DNA of 64,000 bases from the human T2T-CHM13v2.0 reference genome, Homo sapiens: the NCBI RefSeq assembly GCF_009914755.1, contig NC_060926.1, one strand, 5' to 3'. A program made the position numbers and the translations under genes. Under the pieces are notes generated by a model. It ran no database searches. It saw only the letters and a list, made by a program, of their open reading frames with translations, and was not told the origin of the DNA. Of the stretch, positions 1-15,552 are shown piece after piece (within the stretch, counting starts at the first letter, position 1; each line of letters begins with the position of its first letter).

Positions 1-438
1 CACCCTCCACCGCCAGAAAAAAAAAAAAAAAAAAACAAAAAAAAAAACCCTTAGGTAAGTATACTTATCTCCATTTTATAGATATGGTAATGATATTCTG
101 AAAGATGAAGTCATTTTCCCATGATAGAAACTGGAAACAACTGAGATTTGTATCTCTTGGCTAATTTCAAATCCAGCTTCCTCGACTACTAAACTGTGTT
201 ACAAAATACTGTATCCAGGAAACAGTTGTCTCTAGATTAAGAACACTTAGGTTAAAATCCAGGTATTAGCTGTGTAAATTTAGCCCTTTAATCATTTCCT
301 CTGCTTATATTTCCTCAATTGTAAAATTGGGTTAATGTAACTGCCCTCTTTAACTCACAGGAATATTGTGAAAATGAATTTTTAAAATGGAAATATTTAA
401 TAAAGTTCTATGTTAACTTGTATACTATTCTAACATTT

Positions 439-610
439 GGCCGGTGTGGTGGCTCACACCTGTAATCCCAGCACTTTGGAAGGCCAAGAAGACAGGATTG
501 CTTGAAGCCAGGAGTTTGAGAACAGTCTGGGCAACAAAGAGACACCCCATCACTATCAACAGAGTGAAACACTGTCTCTAAAGCAAAATAATATAAAATA
601 AAATAAAATT
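439..610 (+). mobile_element. AluJ with most of the right arm deleted
   Basis: The left arm runs ggccggtgtggtggctcac to about 556, then jumps to the right-arm end caacagagtgaaacactgtctc and an A-rich tail. Confidence 0.8.
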
Positions 611-850
611 TGTACTTGCTTATTAGGTCCATGAATTTGTTGAGTTTAAATTTGGTAGGCTTTGTGGAGTAAGCACAGTGGCCGTTAAGCCAATTTTGGA
701 TTACAGTAAGGATAGCTTCTATGCTGAAAAATTAGCTGAATTAAGTAATTTCACGTCTGATGATTTGATACATGAATTATAACTTGATGATTTTCTTAGT
801 CAAGACTTCCTCCCACCTGTGTTTGGTAGCAAGTGAGAAAACTCCATTCA

Positions 851-1256
<406 letters not shown>

Positions 1257-1505
1257 TCAAAAATTGTTATTCTTTCTTTCCTCAACTCTCTGTATGGCTG
1301 CTTTATTCTTTAGTGACTTTGGGGACTGTTTCTTTCTGCTTCTCAATAACATACGTAGTTCAAAAATGGAAACCTCAATTAGCTTTAACATCTCTTCAGG
1401 TTCAAGTTTCTAAGTTATTGTAACCAGCACTTTTGGATCCCAAATCTAAATTCTCTGGAGAGAGAATTTGACTGGCCCAGTCTAGTCAATTATCCACCCA
1501 TATTA

Positions 1506-1732
1506 CAAGATTTCTCAACCCTCAGTACTATTAACATTTTTATTTGTACTGACTAATGCTTTGTTTGGGTAGGGGTGGAAGAGGCTTTCCTGTGCATTGC
1601 AGGGCATCATCTCTGGTCTCTACTTTACCAGTGCCAGAAGATCATCCCTCCCACCCCTCCTCCATGATATGACAACCCAAATTATCAAATGTCTCCTGTG
1701 GGGCAGAAATCACTTCTGGTTGATAAACACTG
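1506..1732 (-). mobile_element. MER20 (hAT-Charlie) DNA transposon
   Basis: Termini tttctcaacc...ggttgataaacactg and internal reverse-complement MER20 motifs. Confidence 0.72.
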
Positions 1733-2139
1733 CCCTGTGAAGTAAAGGGTAAAGTGTCCCATAAAACAAACATGGCTACTGGGGCTGACCATCTAGAAGG
1801 GGGTATTTTTCGGAGAAGGCCACGTGTCTGCTTGGCAATTATCCTGAAAGTGGTCTATTATAGAAATAAGAGATGTTGGTGGAAATTATAACTTTTGTGA
1901 AATTTAGCCAACAGAAGCAGATCTACTAAAATAAATTAAAAGGTTCAGAATTTTTAGCACTGTATAAATTGAAGGAAAATTTCAATCAAAGTTAGGGAAA
2001 ACCCTAATAATCAATGACATACAACTTTTTTTTTTGCATTCTACCCTAATACAGTGATTGAATTTCACATTTTTTACTCATATATCTCAATCTGAGAATA
2101 AATATTCACCATCTATGTATATATAATATATAATATGTA

Positions 2140-2469
2140 TACAGAGAGTCTTTCTTGGTATCTGCAGTAAATTGGTTCCAGGACCCCCATAAATACCAAA
2201 CTCCATAGATGTTCACTTCCCTTATATGAAATGGCATATAATATTTGAGTATAAACTACACACATCATCCTGTATACTTTAAATCATCTCTATATTACTT
2301 ATAATGCATAATACAATGTAAATGCTACGTAAATAGATGTTATAATATATAGTTTTTTATATGTATTATTTTTAATTGTTTATTATTTTAATTGTTTTTT
2401 TCCAAGTATTTTTGATCTGCAGTTGGTTGAATTTGCCATGTGGAAACCAGTGATATGGAGGAACGACTG
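2140..2469 (+). mobile_element. MER2 (TcMar-Tigger) DNA transposon
   Basis: attggttccaggaccccc...tactttaaatcatctcta...gcagttggttgaat...cgactgta. Confidence 0.85.
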
Positions 2470-4942
2470 TAAAATCGATACATATAATCTATACACTGCA
2501 TTTTGTAATCTGTAAAAATACACATAAAATAAGACACAGATGAAAATAATAATTAAAGTAATTATTTTAATTGTAATAGTATTATTAATTTTAATTAATA
2601 GTGTTATTGAATACACTGTATGAGACTTCTGGTATAGAAAAGATGGCAGAGACCTTTTTCTTCCCACCTGTTTAATTCAACTGTAAACCCTGAAAGTAAC
2701 GCAAGAGGCAACCAAAGGAGAAATCTGAAAGGTGGTGGGAGGAAGTAATTTTGTTCTGGGATCTAGCACTGGAGGAACAACACAACAGCAGGGTGTCTTA
2801 AGTGCCCCTACTCAACAGAAGAGGGATCCACCCCAGTGTTTCCCAAATCTAAGCTCCTTCCTCCCTCAGATCTATGGTGAGTCCCTCAACAGTACTGGCT
2901 GAACCCCATGGGCCTGAGACAGGGTGTGGTTGGGCCCACCAGAGTGGCTCAGCCACAACAAGGAGCTTTTGCAGAAGCCTCTTTGACCCCTCTGTAAAAT
3001 AAATAAGTGAATAAATAAAATAAGTAGGTGAGTGAGTAAAAACTCATTTTTAATTTGATACCTCGGTAGTTTTTTTCTGCCATGAAATGACCAGTGGATA
3101 TCTAGCACTTTCACAGTCTCTTTGGTTACTTTCCACTTCATCACAAACTGTTGCAGATTTTTCCTTATTTTAGAGAACTTGACTTCCTGCAAATGGTCAC
3201 ATGCGTGTCAGACCAGCACTGGGATGCAACTTAGCCTCCAATTCTTTGCTATTAAAAGAATATCTCCAAATATTGTGAATGAATTTCACACAATAATCTC
3301 ATCTTATTTAAAAGCCTGTTTAAGATTCTTGTCAATACATTCCTGCCATAAAACATTGTTTCTATTAAATAAGTTAATTTAAATCTACACTGACTATGTT
3401 TCATCTAACCCTTTGACAAAGATCCAAAAATTCCCTAATGAACTACTTCGTCCAAAGAATAGGGAGGGAAATAGGCATTTATGTACATTGCTCTCGGTAG
3501 AACTAATTGATCCAACCTCTATAGAAAATAAGATCTCCATTTTGCTGTTCTCTACCCATTTCCAAATCCACATGTCTATGACCCTACAAATTCACCTCTA
3601 GAAATTAATACTACAAATAATTCATACACATGCATGGGTTGAAGAAATCAAGCTGTAGTACAACATGCAAAACATGCTAATATTTGAATGAAAAATGGGG
3701 TGAGTGCTTATATACATACTTCCTTGGGTATGCATAAATTATTTTTGGAAAAATACACCAAAATAGCCAATAATATTTGTTGCCTATGGAGAGCTGAGGG
3801 AAAAAGGTGGGACCCACGTGGGAAGATACTATTTTACCTTATAATCTTTTCCATTTCATGAATTTTGGATATGAGAGTGCCCATGAATTAAAATTAATAA
3901 ATTTAAGAAATCATTCATCATTGGAAATATTTTTCCTATATTTTTATTCTTTGGTGGTTCACAATAAAATAATCCTTTTATATCTCTTTATTAAAACAGA
4001 ATCTAGCAAATAGAACTAGACAAATGTGAACTGAGACAAATTAGAAATCTGTAAAGTTTCATCTAAGAGTGTAATATTTGTATGTTTGAATCTTTAATAT
4101 TTTCTGTATCATCTATGATAACAAAGAAATATATTTCAACTTGTCACTATATTTTTTCCATATCATATTTCAGTCATTTTTATTGCAGCAGGAAGAATGA
4201 GTGTTTACCACTTGTATAGGACATTTTATTTTTCTTTTTTAAAGAAATCATTTATTCTTAAGTTTCATGAAAGTTCAGTGCTGGTTTGAGTACTAAACAA
4301 CATTAAGAATGCTGAAAAAAAAATAGCTATTTGTCTTTATATTTAGTATGCTTTGTTACTATATGTCTTAGCAATGATGATAGCTTCATATTTTCTTTAG
4401 CTAATGACTAATCCAAGAAACAGTATAAACTAAGGGCAATAGTCATTGTCAAAAATAGTGACTATTTCCATAATTCATAAAGTTTTTATCCCTGTGCCTG
4501 GAACAGTGCCTGGAAAAATACAGTGGGTACATAGTACCCTTTCTTTTTTCTTTCCTCTCCTTTTGTAATGAATGAATAGTGAAATAACTAGTTAATGAAA
4601 GGACTGAGAGACCCAGTTAACCTGAAATTGAGTTACTATTTTGTACACATTGGATTTCCCACTTCTAGTGATGTAAAAACTCTAAAGTTATAGCTAATAT
4701 CACCATAGCTGTGCTGTTGAGATCATTAACCTAGAAACCACGAAGAAACCTAAGAATCAATTATATATTAATTTTCATTTGAAAGCAATGAAAATCGGGT
4801 AGTTTTCTTGGCCCAAAGCAAATCAACCACAAGGAGGTGATAGCTCATTTCATGTTTTAGATGACCAGAGGCATGAAATGGACCAATCATTAAAATTCCT
4901 TGACCACATCAAACCTGTGTGCTCTCACTGATGAACACTTAC

Positions 4943-5008
4943 AAGTCTGGCAATGATTTTCTGTGGGTCCCCAGCAACGGCCAGTACAGGACTTATGGCA
5001 ACGTCCAC
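4943..5008 (-). CDS. ERBB4: ERBB4 coding exon (exon 5, 66 nt; start of furin-like Cys-rich domain II)
   Basis: The minus strand reads ctgcag|GTGGACGTTGCCATAAG...CAGACTT|gtaagt. It continues the exon 4 frame as (C)[21 protein letters not shown](L). Confidence 0.97.
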
Positions 5009-8002
5009 CTGCAGAACACGAAAAGGGAAAAAGGACATGCACGTTATAATCTTTCACTCCTTGACTAGGAGTAACTCCTCAAAGGAAATACTCCCGCTCC
5101 TTTATGAGGATTTTTATGTCATACTAGAGCTGAAACATAGCCCATAAAATGCCCACTTAAGTAGGAAAACCTGAATGTCAAACATATGTGAAACTAAAGT
5201 ACAACCTCCTGGTATTCAAATCCTCTTATCATTTTTTAGGAAAATAAAATAAATGAATTTGTGAATTTTCTCAGGAAATCAAAAGCAAATGATTATAGTT
5301 AATAAGTTTCACTTTCACTGTTCAGCATTATTATTCTATTGATCTATTCTACTTGATATAATTTCCAGAGATCACACCTTACTGAGAGCAACATATATTA
5401 AAAAGTAAAGCAACAGTTAAAAATAAGTGGAAATCTATGAGAACAAGAATATATTTTTACAAACACATGAAAAATCATTAGAATAAATGGTAAAATCATG
5501 CATTTAAGCTATACTTTTGAAAGCTTAATTTCAATTATTTTAATATATACTTCTAAAATGTTTATTAACATTATTTGCATTTTCAACTCTAAGCCTTAAT
5601 CTCCTATAGTGGCATCTTCTTCTACCATAGGTATTTGCCTCAACAAACGTAGTTGTCCCACAGAGAAATTCCCATCGGGACTGAAAATAAAGAATATTAG
5701 CTGGAAGAAGTCATATAAAAACGACTTCCTTTGAATCTTATTTCTGAATTTCATAGATTCACTCTAAATTTCTGTGGGTACATGACACATTTTTAGAATA
5801 AAATATAGATGTTAAAAATCTATTAAAGCTTAAAACTTTTCCATAAACAGAAATGTTTTCTATGACATTTCCTTAAATGCTTCTTATTAAACATTGTCAA
5901 TTGTTTAATATTAATTGTTAATAGGATTCTCCCATTTAAAGTGTTTAACAACGTTAACTATATTATAAATATCATCAAATAACATCTCGTCAGATGCTCC
6001 CATCTTTCCTTGATTCAAGTTTTTAATTCCTCAACCAGAAAGTTCTTACAACCTGGAGTGTTTTCCCGCCTCCAGTGAAACTGCCAAAGTGAGCCTATTC
6101 TGTTAAATGAGTACACGGTTAAGATGCAGATTCAAAAGACACTTTCTCTGGCTGGATCTCAGACCATTCAGATTGTCTACCTTTGAGAAAGTAAACTGTA
6201 CTATTTCCAAGTTAATAAAATACTTAGGTTCAATTCCAGTCATCTTAAAAGTACGGGGATCTTTGCTACAACAGAGTTTATTTAAAGCAATTCTATTTGT
6301 GAAGTATTGCCGCTGACATCACCAGTGTATAATATCCTGTCACTCTGCCATCTGTTTATTTAGAGCCAAACACATTATAACAACATAATGCAAGCTCATT
6401 GTAGCTGACAGGAAAAGGACTCCATCTGGCCTGAACAATATAACTTTAATCAGTGATAATGATAATTATTATTAAAAACTTACAGGAGTTCTTTTGTACA
6501 AAGCTAATAAATCTAAATTGATTTATACTAGCGGAAATTAGAAAGGACTGTGAGACAAAATAGGAAGCAGTGAAAACTTTTTGGAGTACAAACTTTTTTA
6601 TGAGAAAGTAGCTAATGTTAATGTGTTTTCTTAGATTTGGTATAATCCTCTAAATTGATCCATTAAGTGGTCTGTTAATTGAAGATAGTTGAAGCATAAG
6701 ATAATCTACCATTTAATCTATGATTTATTTAATTATGTTTGGGGCTTGTAAAATATTTGGCCTTATTCTTTGTGGCCAGAATACTACCTAACTGGAAAAA
6801 AAAAAAAAAAGAAAAGAAAAGATAAAAGCAAATAGAAGAGAAGAAAAGAAAAAGTAAAGAAAGGAGGAAGGAAGGAAGGAACAAGGAAAGGAAGGAGCTA
6901 AGTAACAAAATTCATATTAGACATTTTTATATTCTCAATGTTTTTCTCTTACTCGATTAATTTTTTAACTTCTTATTCTTGAAATTCCAATTTGCCACCC
7001 AGACATCTGCTCCCAGATTCAATATAAAAAGGCATGTTGCTAGAAATACTGTTGACGGTTCTTGACAAGGTATCAGGGCAAGGCCCACCTATTTGAAAAT
7101 GTGATATAGTACCCACACACAAAAAAAAACAAGTTTAAATAATTTAACCTTGACTGTCTACTCGATATTATGAGATTTTGCTGGTAGTTTCCATTTCCAC
7201 TTGACCTACACATTTCAAAATTCTATTATGACAAATGCACTAGAGGATCTAGAATTGACTGTACTCCCATAAATCGCTGTTCAGCCAAGACTACCCTTAT
7301 TTAACTTTCTCTCTGGAGCCTTGACACTTTTGGAATCTGTCCTAGTACTCAGTTCAGCTTTAGTTTTACTCTTCAAAATGGTGCAAGACATGGCACTTGT
7401 GTTATCACTGGATGTTGCCAATTAGCAATTAAGTAAATGCTACAATATCTGACCAAAATATCTGATTAATTTATGAATCAATGCACTTACTACATTTTTA
7501 TGCCTGTAACCTTAGTTTGATTATTGTAGATAATTGGGAAGTACAGAGAGAGTTCCCATAGTAATTATCTGCCTAGCATAGAAAAAAAAAAAACAAAATT
7601 TCCTATAAGCATTCCCTCCTACATCCTTCCAACCACGTATCCCTGATTATTTCATAAGTACCTTCTTCATTTTGTGTATTAAGCATGATGTTAAGCAATG
7701 GACATAAAATATTAAACTGAAACAGAGAAGTTTATCACCTTCTTAGAGTTTAGAATTAATTCAGGAAAAGAGTTTTGACTACTCTGTAGCTAATGTTCAC
7801 CCTCTATGAGTTTAAGGGAAAAAGTCAGTAAATCTAAATTTTTAACAGCCTCCTAGCCCAGGAAAGAAGAGTTGGATGAAAGCAGGTGGAGCTAGATAAT
7901 TCCCAATCTAATTCCCAGGGGCTTGGAAGTCAGCTACATTCCTTAAACGATGACACGTCCATGTGACATCTAAAAGGAGATCACCCTAGACCATTTCAGT
8001 GA

Positions 8003-8462
<460 letters not shown>

Positions 8463-8710
8463 AAAAGTCCTGATTTCATGTGAAAAAGAGATCTTATGTG
8501 TCTGTCATATTCAGTGTGAATTAGTTTTATAAACTACTTCTCCCCAGAGTGTGTTTTGTAAATGAGGGCCACGAAGAGAGGAATTAGTCAGATTCTAGAA
8601 TACGTAAATGAGAGCAGTGTTTAGGGGTTTTGCCAATGCTGTCCAAATCTTCCCACTTCCATGTCTCAACCTGGTACGTGATTCTTCCCATTGATTATTG
8701 CAATAATCCC

Positions 8711-9009
8711 TTTTTTTTTTTTGAGACAGAGTCTCGCTCTGTTGCACAGGCTGGAGTGCAGTGGCGCAATCTTGGCTCACTGCAACCTCTGCCTCCCAGG
8801 TTCAAGCAATTCTCTGCCTCAGCCTCCCGAGTAGCTGGGATTACAGGTGCCTGCCATACGCCCAGCTAGTTTTTGTATTTTTTGTATTTTTAGTAGGGAC
8901 GGGGTTTCACCATCTTGGCCAGGCTGGTCTTGAACTCCCGACCTCATGATCCACCCATCTAGGCCTACCAAAGTGTTGGGATTACAGGCATGAGCCACTG
9001 TGCCCGAGC
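8711..9009 (-). mobile_element. AluS (Sg-like), inserted in the tail of the neighbouring Alu
   Basis: Full dimer directly abutting the poly-T of the next Alu. Confidence 0.9.
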
Positions 9010-9379
<370 letters not shown>

Positions 9380-9491
9380 TAGCTCGGTGATAGGAGAATT
9401 AGTCAAATTAGTACGTCTTGTTATTTTGGCTCAAAGAGATGAAATAAGAAACAAACCAACATTTTAAACAACCATTTCAGTTACTTTATTA

Positions 9492-9878
<387 letters not shown>

Positions 9879-12800
9879 TCACAAGCAATCCCTCTGCTTT
9901 CACAATGCATTATTCATCATGGAAGCTGGCAAACGTGACTAAGTTCATCTTTTATGCTTGTCCAGCGGATGTTACTAAAAATGTAGCCTTTGCATTCCTT
10001 TGTAGGAACTAGAGTCCATGAACTGCATTTATGTTTTTAAGAGTCACAAATTCATCTAGAAGTTGTGCTTATTTGTGTGACCACCTGCATGTGGGATTCA
10101 CTGTCTACCTCTGTAATGCTTTCTGCAAGTAATATGCCAGGACAGTTGAAGAGTTACAAAATATGAAGTCATTGGCAACTATAAAAGATCATATCCTCAA
10201 ACTGCCTCTAGCTAAAGGCAACGCAGTTACATCCCTGGATTTTTCTTTTACTCCTTTTAAAAACTGGCAGGTTTGACCTCTTAAAACTACTTTTACTAGA
10301 GAAAGAAGTGAGAGAATAATACCTTTTTTATGACCATATAATTCAAAATAGGAAAGTAGAACATTGATTGAAAGTCTATGCTAAACCAGTCCCTATTCTT
10401 GGTGTGTGTGTGGGTTCAGGGAGGGGGGATAAAAAGACGAATGTCACTACCCTGTCCTCAAGGAGGTTTTAGGGTCCAGGAAATAGGCAGAGGAATAGGC
10501 AAGTAACTATTATGACCATAATATTTGCGAAAATATAGGTATGTATAAAGTGGAGAGAAAGGATTGCAGAAGGCTCTGCAGTTTAGTTTTGCTTGAACAA
10601 TCTAGTTTGTCCAGCAGTAAAGGGAAGGGAAGGAGAATTTCAGGCTGAATAGCTAGCCTAAGCAATAACACAGAGGCATGGATGAGCACAACTGTTTGGG
10701 GCCATAATGAGTAGTTTAGGGTTTTTTGAGCATAGTTTGCATGAGTAATAGCAGCTGGAGCGTGAGCTTACAAAGTATCACGAAAGCCTTCTAAACAGTT
10801 TGGAGTTTACTCTGTGTGTGTATTATGGAGTTTAATGGGTATTATGGAGTTGGCCAAGGTCCTTGAACATTAAAATGATATAGTTTGACCTGTAGGGTAG
10901 AAAATGGTTTTGAGTCATGTTTCCCAAAAGTTAGTTTTGACACTTTAGTAGCTTGTGCAAGATGCTGATTTTATAGTCTGGTGAGGTACAGGAATCCCTA
11001 GTTTTAAAAAGCACTTCCAGGGATTCTGAGGTTGACGGTTCCAAAATGACAAAAGTATATATAAGATAATGGCTTGGCATATAATTCCAAACTGTTAGTA
11101 TCATAGACATATTTTGAGACAATGCTTTAGTATTAGAGCTGATCAGATGCTTGGTAACCAAACTTTCAGACAAGCAGTGTAAAAATCTAGCAGTCTCTCA
11201 TGTCTTAGAGTTTATTCTTTGATTTGTGGACACATTCCCATCAAATTGCATCTTTCTCCAGCAGTACTAAAATATACATATAGCTTTGTTTTTCACATTT
11301 AACTTACTGTAAACCACTCATATAATAGTAAAGTCTCAATATGATTTGAGCAAATGCTACATCAGTAGGAATTAATGGCATTACCATGATGTGGAATTGC
11401 TCTTCTTTATGAGATGTTAATACTTTCACTTGTTCTTATCTGACAATTCTCATTGTCATCTGTTTATTTGTATTCACTCTTCTGTTATGTGAGTTGACTT
11501 TACTTTTTATTCCAGTCTCAATTCAATTTTCCTATCCTGCCTCTTAATTTGAAAACTAAGTATAAAATGGAAACTTTAACTTTCATACATCTTGATACAA
11601 AAAGATGGGCAGGTATTCTTCCTTGCTAAAAAACATGAAGTTAAAAATGAAACTAAAAACATTTATCGTTGGGATTTTTCATCTTACAGTATATTACATC
11701 AGGAGTTATGAGGTCAAAATATATTAGGCAATTACTGTACAGGAAAAACAAATAAGTACGGTTAACCTTGCTAAACTTGATGTTTTTGTAAGCATCATCA
11801 TGATATTCATTCAAGCAATTTATAGTCAAAATTTTAGAACAGCATATATACTCATGTGATCAAGATTAATTTCAAACAGAAGTGTAAAATGCACAGAAGT
11901 GTCTGCAGCGCTTCCATCTACCCCTCCCTCAGGGGCTCAACTCCCTCCTGCTAATTTGTGACTGCCAGTGCACAAAGTATCTTCTCCAGCATCACCTTAG
12001 ACAGGATATCAGACAGATAGCTAATGGACAGGCCAGTTAATCTGGCACAAAAGTTGTGCAAAGGCTTGAAGATTCTAAAGTTACTTTGCAAATTTGTATT
12101 TTTCCTGAGGCCTTCTGGAAACATAGATCAATTATGAGGGGACATGACAGTGGTAGAAACCACAGCTACAAATAAAAGGCTGGGCAGGCTGGGGTGGGTA
12201 GACCCATGAGAGTGCCATTTTTCAAAATCTCTTAACTCATAAATGGAAGCAACCAGCTACTCCATTTGCAGGCTGAATATAGAACTGTTTCTACATATAG
12301 ATTTAAGGAGAACAGATAGAGCAACACCATTTTACAGTTAAAAGAAAAATTGATGATAATCCATTTAGATCTAAGATTGTCGATTATCACTTACACGTAC
12401 AAGCTCATGTGATTGTAAGAAGGACTAACAGTTAGAAATAACCTAATACATATTATGCCAAAAATGAAATAAACATGAACATACTAAATGCAATCTATTT
12501 CCCACCGAGTGGAAAGATCTGCTCAATGCTGTCTATGATATTACTGTTCTGTATATTCTATGCTCCTTCCAACATGCCTTCAGAATGCTTTAGGCTACTG
12601 AAACCAATGGAAATGAACTTCAAAGAAAATCACATTAAAAGGTCTTAATGCTTTTTGGAAAAGTCATATGTTAATAACAAAATGTCTCAAAATAATAAAA
12701 CATGAAATTTTTCCTAAAAGACTAAAAGCTTTTATATATGATACTGTCATATATTTGTTCCAAACCAGGCACTTTTAAAGCATTAATTATCACTGTTTAT

Positions 12801-13179
12801 AGCTGCTAGCACAAAGTAGAATACAGAAATTCCACCTACTGTGGAACAGAATTAGTTCCAATCAATGTCAAATGTATTTCTGAGCATATAAATAAGGGGT
12901 CTGAACTAACTGAAAAACCTTACCTGAAAACATAAAGAATATACTGAGATGTGTCAGCTTTTTGAAACCAATAGCAACAATAATAATGAGCACTTACTAT
13001 GAGCTTGCCAGAGCCACCAAGGGTGTCCAGAAGCATCTTTCAGATGTACTCAATCTACATGATAACCCTTGGAGGTGTGCAGTGCACAACCTGTTCAGCT
13101 ATATGTAGTGGTGGGCCTTCCAAGGATGTTCTAAGCATTTTGGATATATTAACTCATTTAATCCTCATATAACCTGAAT

Positions 13180-13980
13180 AGTCTGGCACTCTCCAAAATT
13201 TGTATGTCCAGTCTAGACTCTGTGATATGCAAACTTATACTTCCAACTGCTTACGAACCATCTCCACTTGTGCAATTAGCAGGCACTTGAAAATACACAT
13301 GTTCAAAACTAAATCCATACTCTTCCCACTCCAATCATACAAATTATTCCTGTACAGTCTTCCCCATCTCAGTCAATAGCAGCTCAATTCTTTCAGAAGC
13401 TTCTGCCAAAAACTTTGGAGTCATCCTCAGCTCTGTTTTCTTTCGTCTTACAGCCCAGATCCAAATTCATGAACATATCTCGTTGTCTCTAACTTCAAAA
13501 TCTGTCTAGTATCCAATCATTTCTCACCACCTGCACCATTATCATTGTAATACAAACCACTATCATCTATTGCTTGGATTAATGCAATAACCTCTTATCC
13601 GGTGTCCTAGCTTCCACCCTGGCCCCTTTACAATCTCTTCTCAATATATTAGCCAGAGCGATCTTTTTAGTCAGACCATGTCAAATCTCCTAAGTTGCCA
13701 TGTGCCTCATAGTACATGCCAAAGTCCTTACCACAGTCTTCAAGGACCTACAACACGTAGCCCTCTCCTCCCTGCCTCAGTATTTTCCTCCGGGCTTACT
13801 CCTCTCACTGTCATCTCCTGCTGTTCCTAGGACATACAAGGTTCACTCCCACTTAGGGTTCTTCTGTTTCCTCTTCCTCTCCTCCTCTAAGAGCCTATAA
13901 AGCAGGTTTACCCACTAACTTGCTCTTGTTAGATGTCACCTCTCCATGACTCCCCTGACCCACTACATTTAAATAGCAAA
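13180..13980 (+). mobile_element. L2 LINE fragment
   Basis: L2 3'-region motifs: ccaactgc...catctccacttg...cttccccatctcagt...ggagtcatcct. Confidence 0.7.
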
Positions 13981-14106
13981 CATTCCAGATAGATTTACTA
14001 GATTTTATTTCTAATAGATGTTCAAATTGGAAATGCTGTATAATGCATAAAAACATGAAAGAAGAAAAAAATTCATAACCTTGAATTTTGGTGTTTTTCA
14101 TTTTCT

Positions 14107-14109
<3 letters not shown>

Positions 14110-14142
<33 letters not shown>
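14110..14142 (+). repeat. (TG)n microsatellite
   Basis: Seen directly in the sequence. Confidence 0.95.
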
Positions 14143-14144
<2 letters not shown>

Positions 14145-14689
14145 GCATTTTAACACGATGTAATACTTTATACAGTTTTGTCATCTGCTATTTTCAGTTT
14201 ACATTTTTATCCTAAACATTTTGGATGATATTAAATAAATATAATTTTATTTCTTTGGTAGATTTACCTTCCGTCATATAGACATGCCAAAATTCAATTA
14301 ACTATTTTGCCTTATGAGATATTTTCACTGGTACATGTAGGAGATAAATACATATTTTTTAATGAAAATACACATTAAGAAAATACCACTAATTTCACAT
14401 CATATTTTTCAGCAGATTTGTAGCTCATTAAAAGATTACTTAAACAATAGAAAGAATGTGACCATGTGTTTCATTGTGTCCTTGTGTAAAACACTGATGG
14501 GATCTGAAATAGATGAGGGGATTTGTAGATGACTGGCACATGTATCAGAACATTTGATAAAAGTATGATGTGCTAATTGGCCTGGATTGACGTCCTAGCT
14601 CCAGGAGTGTGCCAAAAGCTTCTGTACACATCTATCATATTTGACCTTTTAGTCACTGAGTTGCATAAAATGTTTGAAATACACTTATC

Positions 14690-14850
14690 ATACTTGCAAA
14701 TGACACAAATCTGGAAGGGGTAGTGAATACTCTTATGGAGAATAATCATTCAGATTTAGGAAGAACTTGGTGGAAGGAACAATAAGCTGAAATTAAAGCT
14801 ATGATATTTAATAGGATCAATGTAAATTCTTGCATTTGTGGTTCTGAATC
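14690..14850 (+). mobile_element. L3/CR1 LINE fragment
   Basis: gcaaatgacacaaatctggaagg...tttaataggatcaatgtaaattcttgcatt resembles the CR1 RT FADDTKL region. Confidence 0.5.
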
Positions 14851-15226
14851 AACATTTCATGTAAGTATCAACAGATATGTACTCTTACATAAAGGCTCTC
14901 TGGCATGAGACACATTAGAATTTCAAATCTCACCTGTTACTGGTTGTGTCATTCCTCAGGCAGGTTAGTTAACTTATTTCACTTTGTTTTTATACTTTGG
15001 ACTTAAATGTTTATCCTAAAAATGGAGGTGTACACTATACTGCATACTCCAATCTATACAGCATGATCAACATCATCAACCTCACCACATCATCTAATGC
15101 TTACTGAGCACTCTTTACTCTCTGCACAGCGCAGTAGGTATTTTATATACATTATCTTATTTAATTTTCACAACAACATGATAGCATAAGTACTACCATT
15201 TGTTTTATTTTATAGGTGAGAAAATG

Positions 15227-15552
<326 letters not shown>

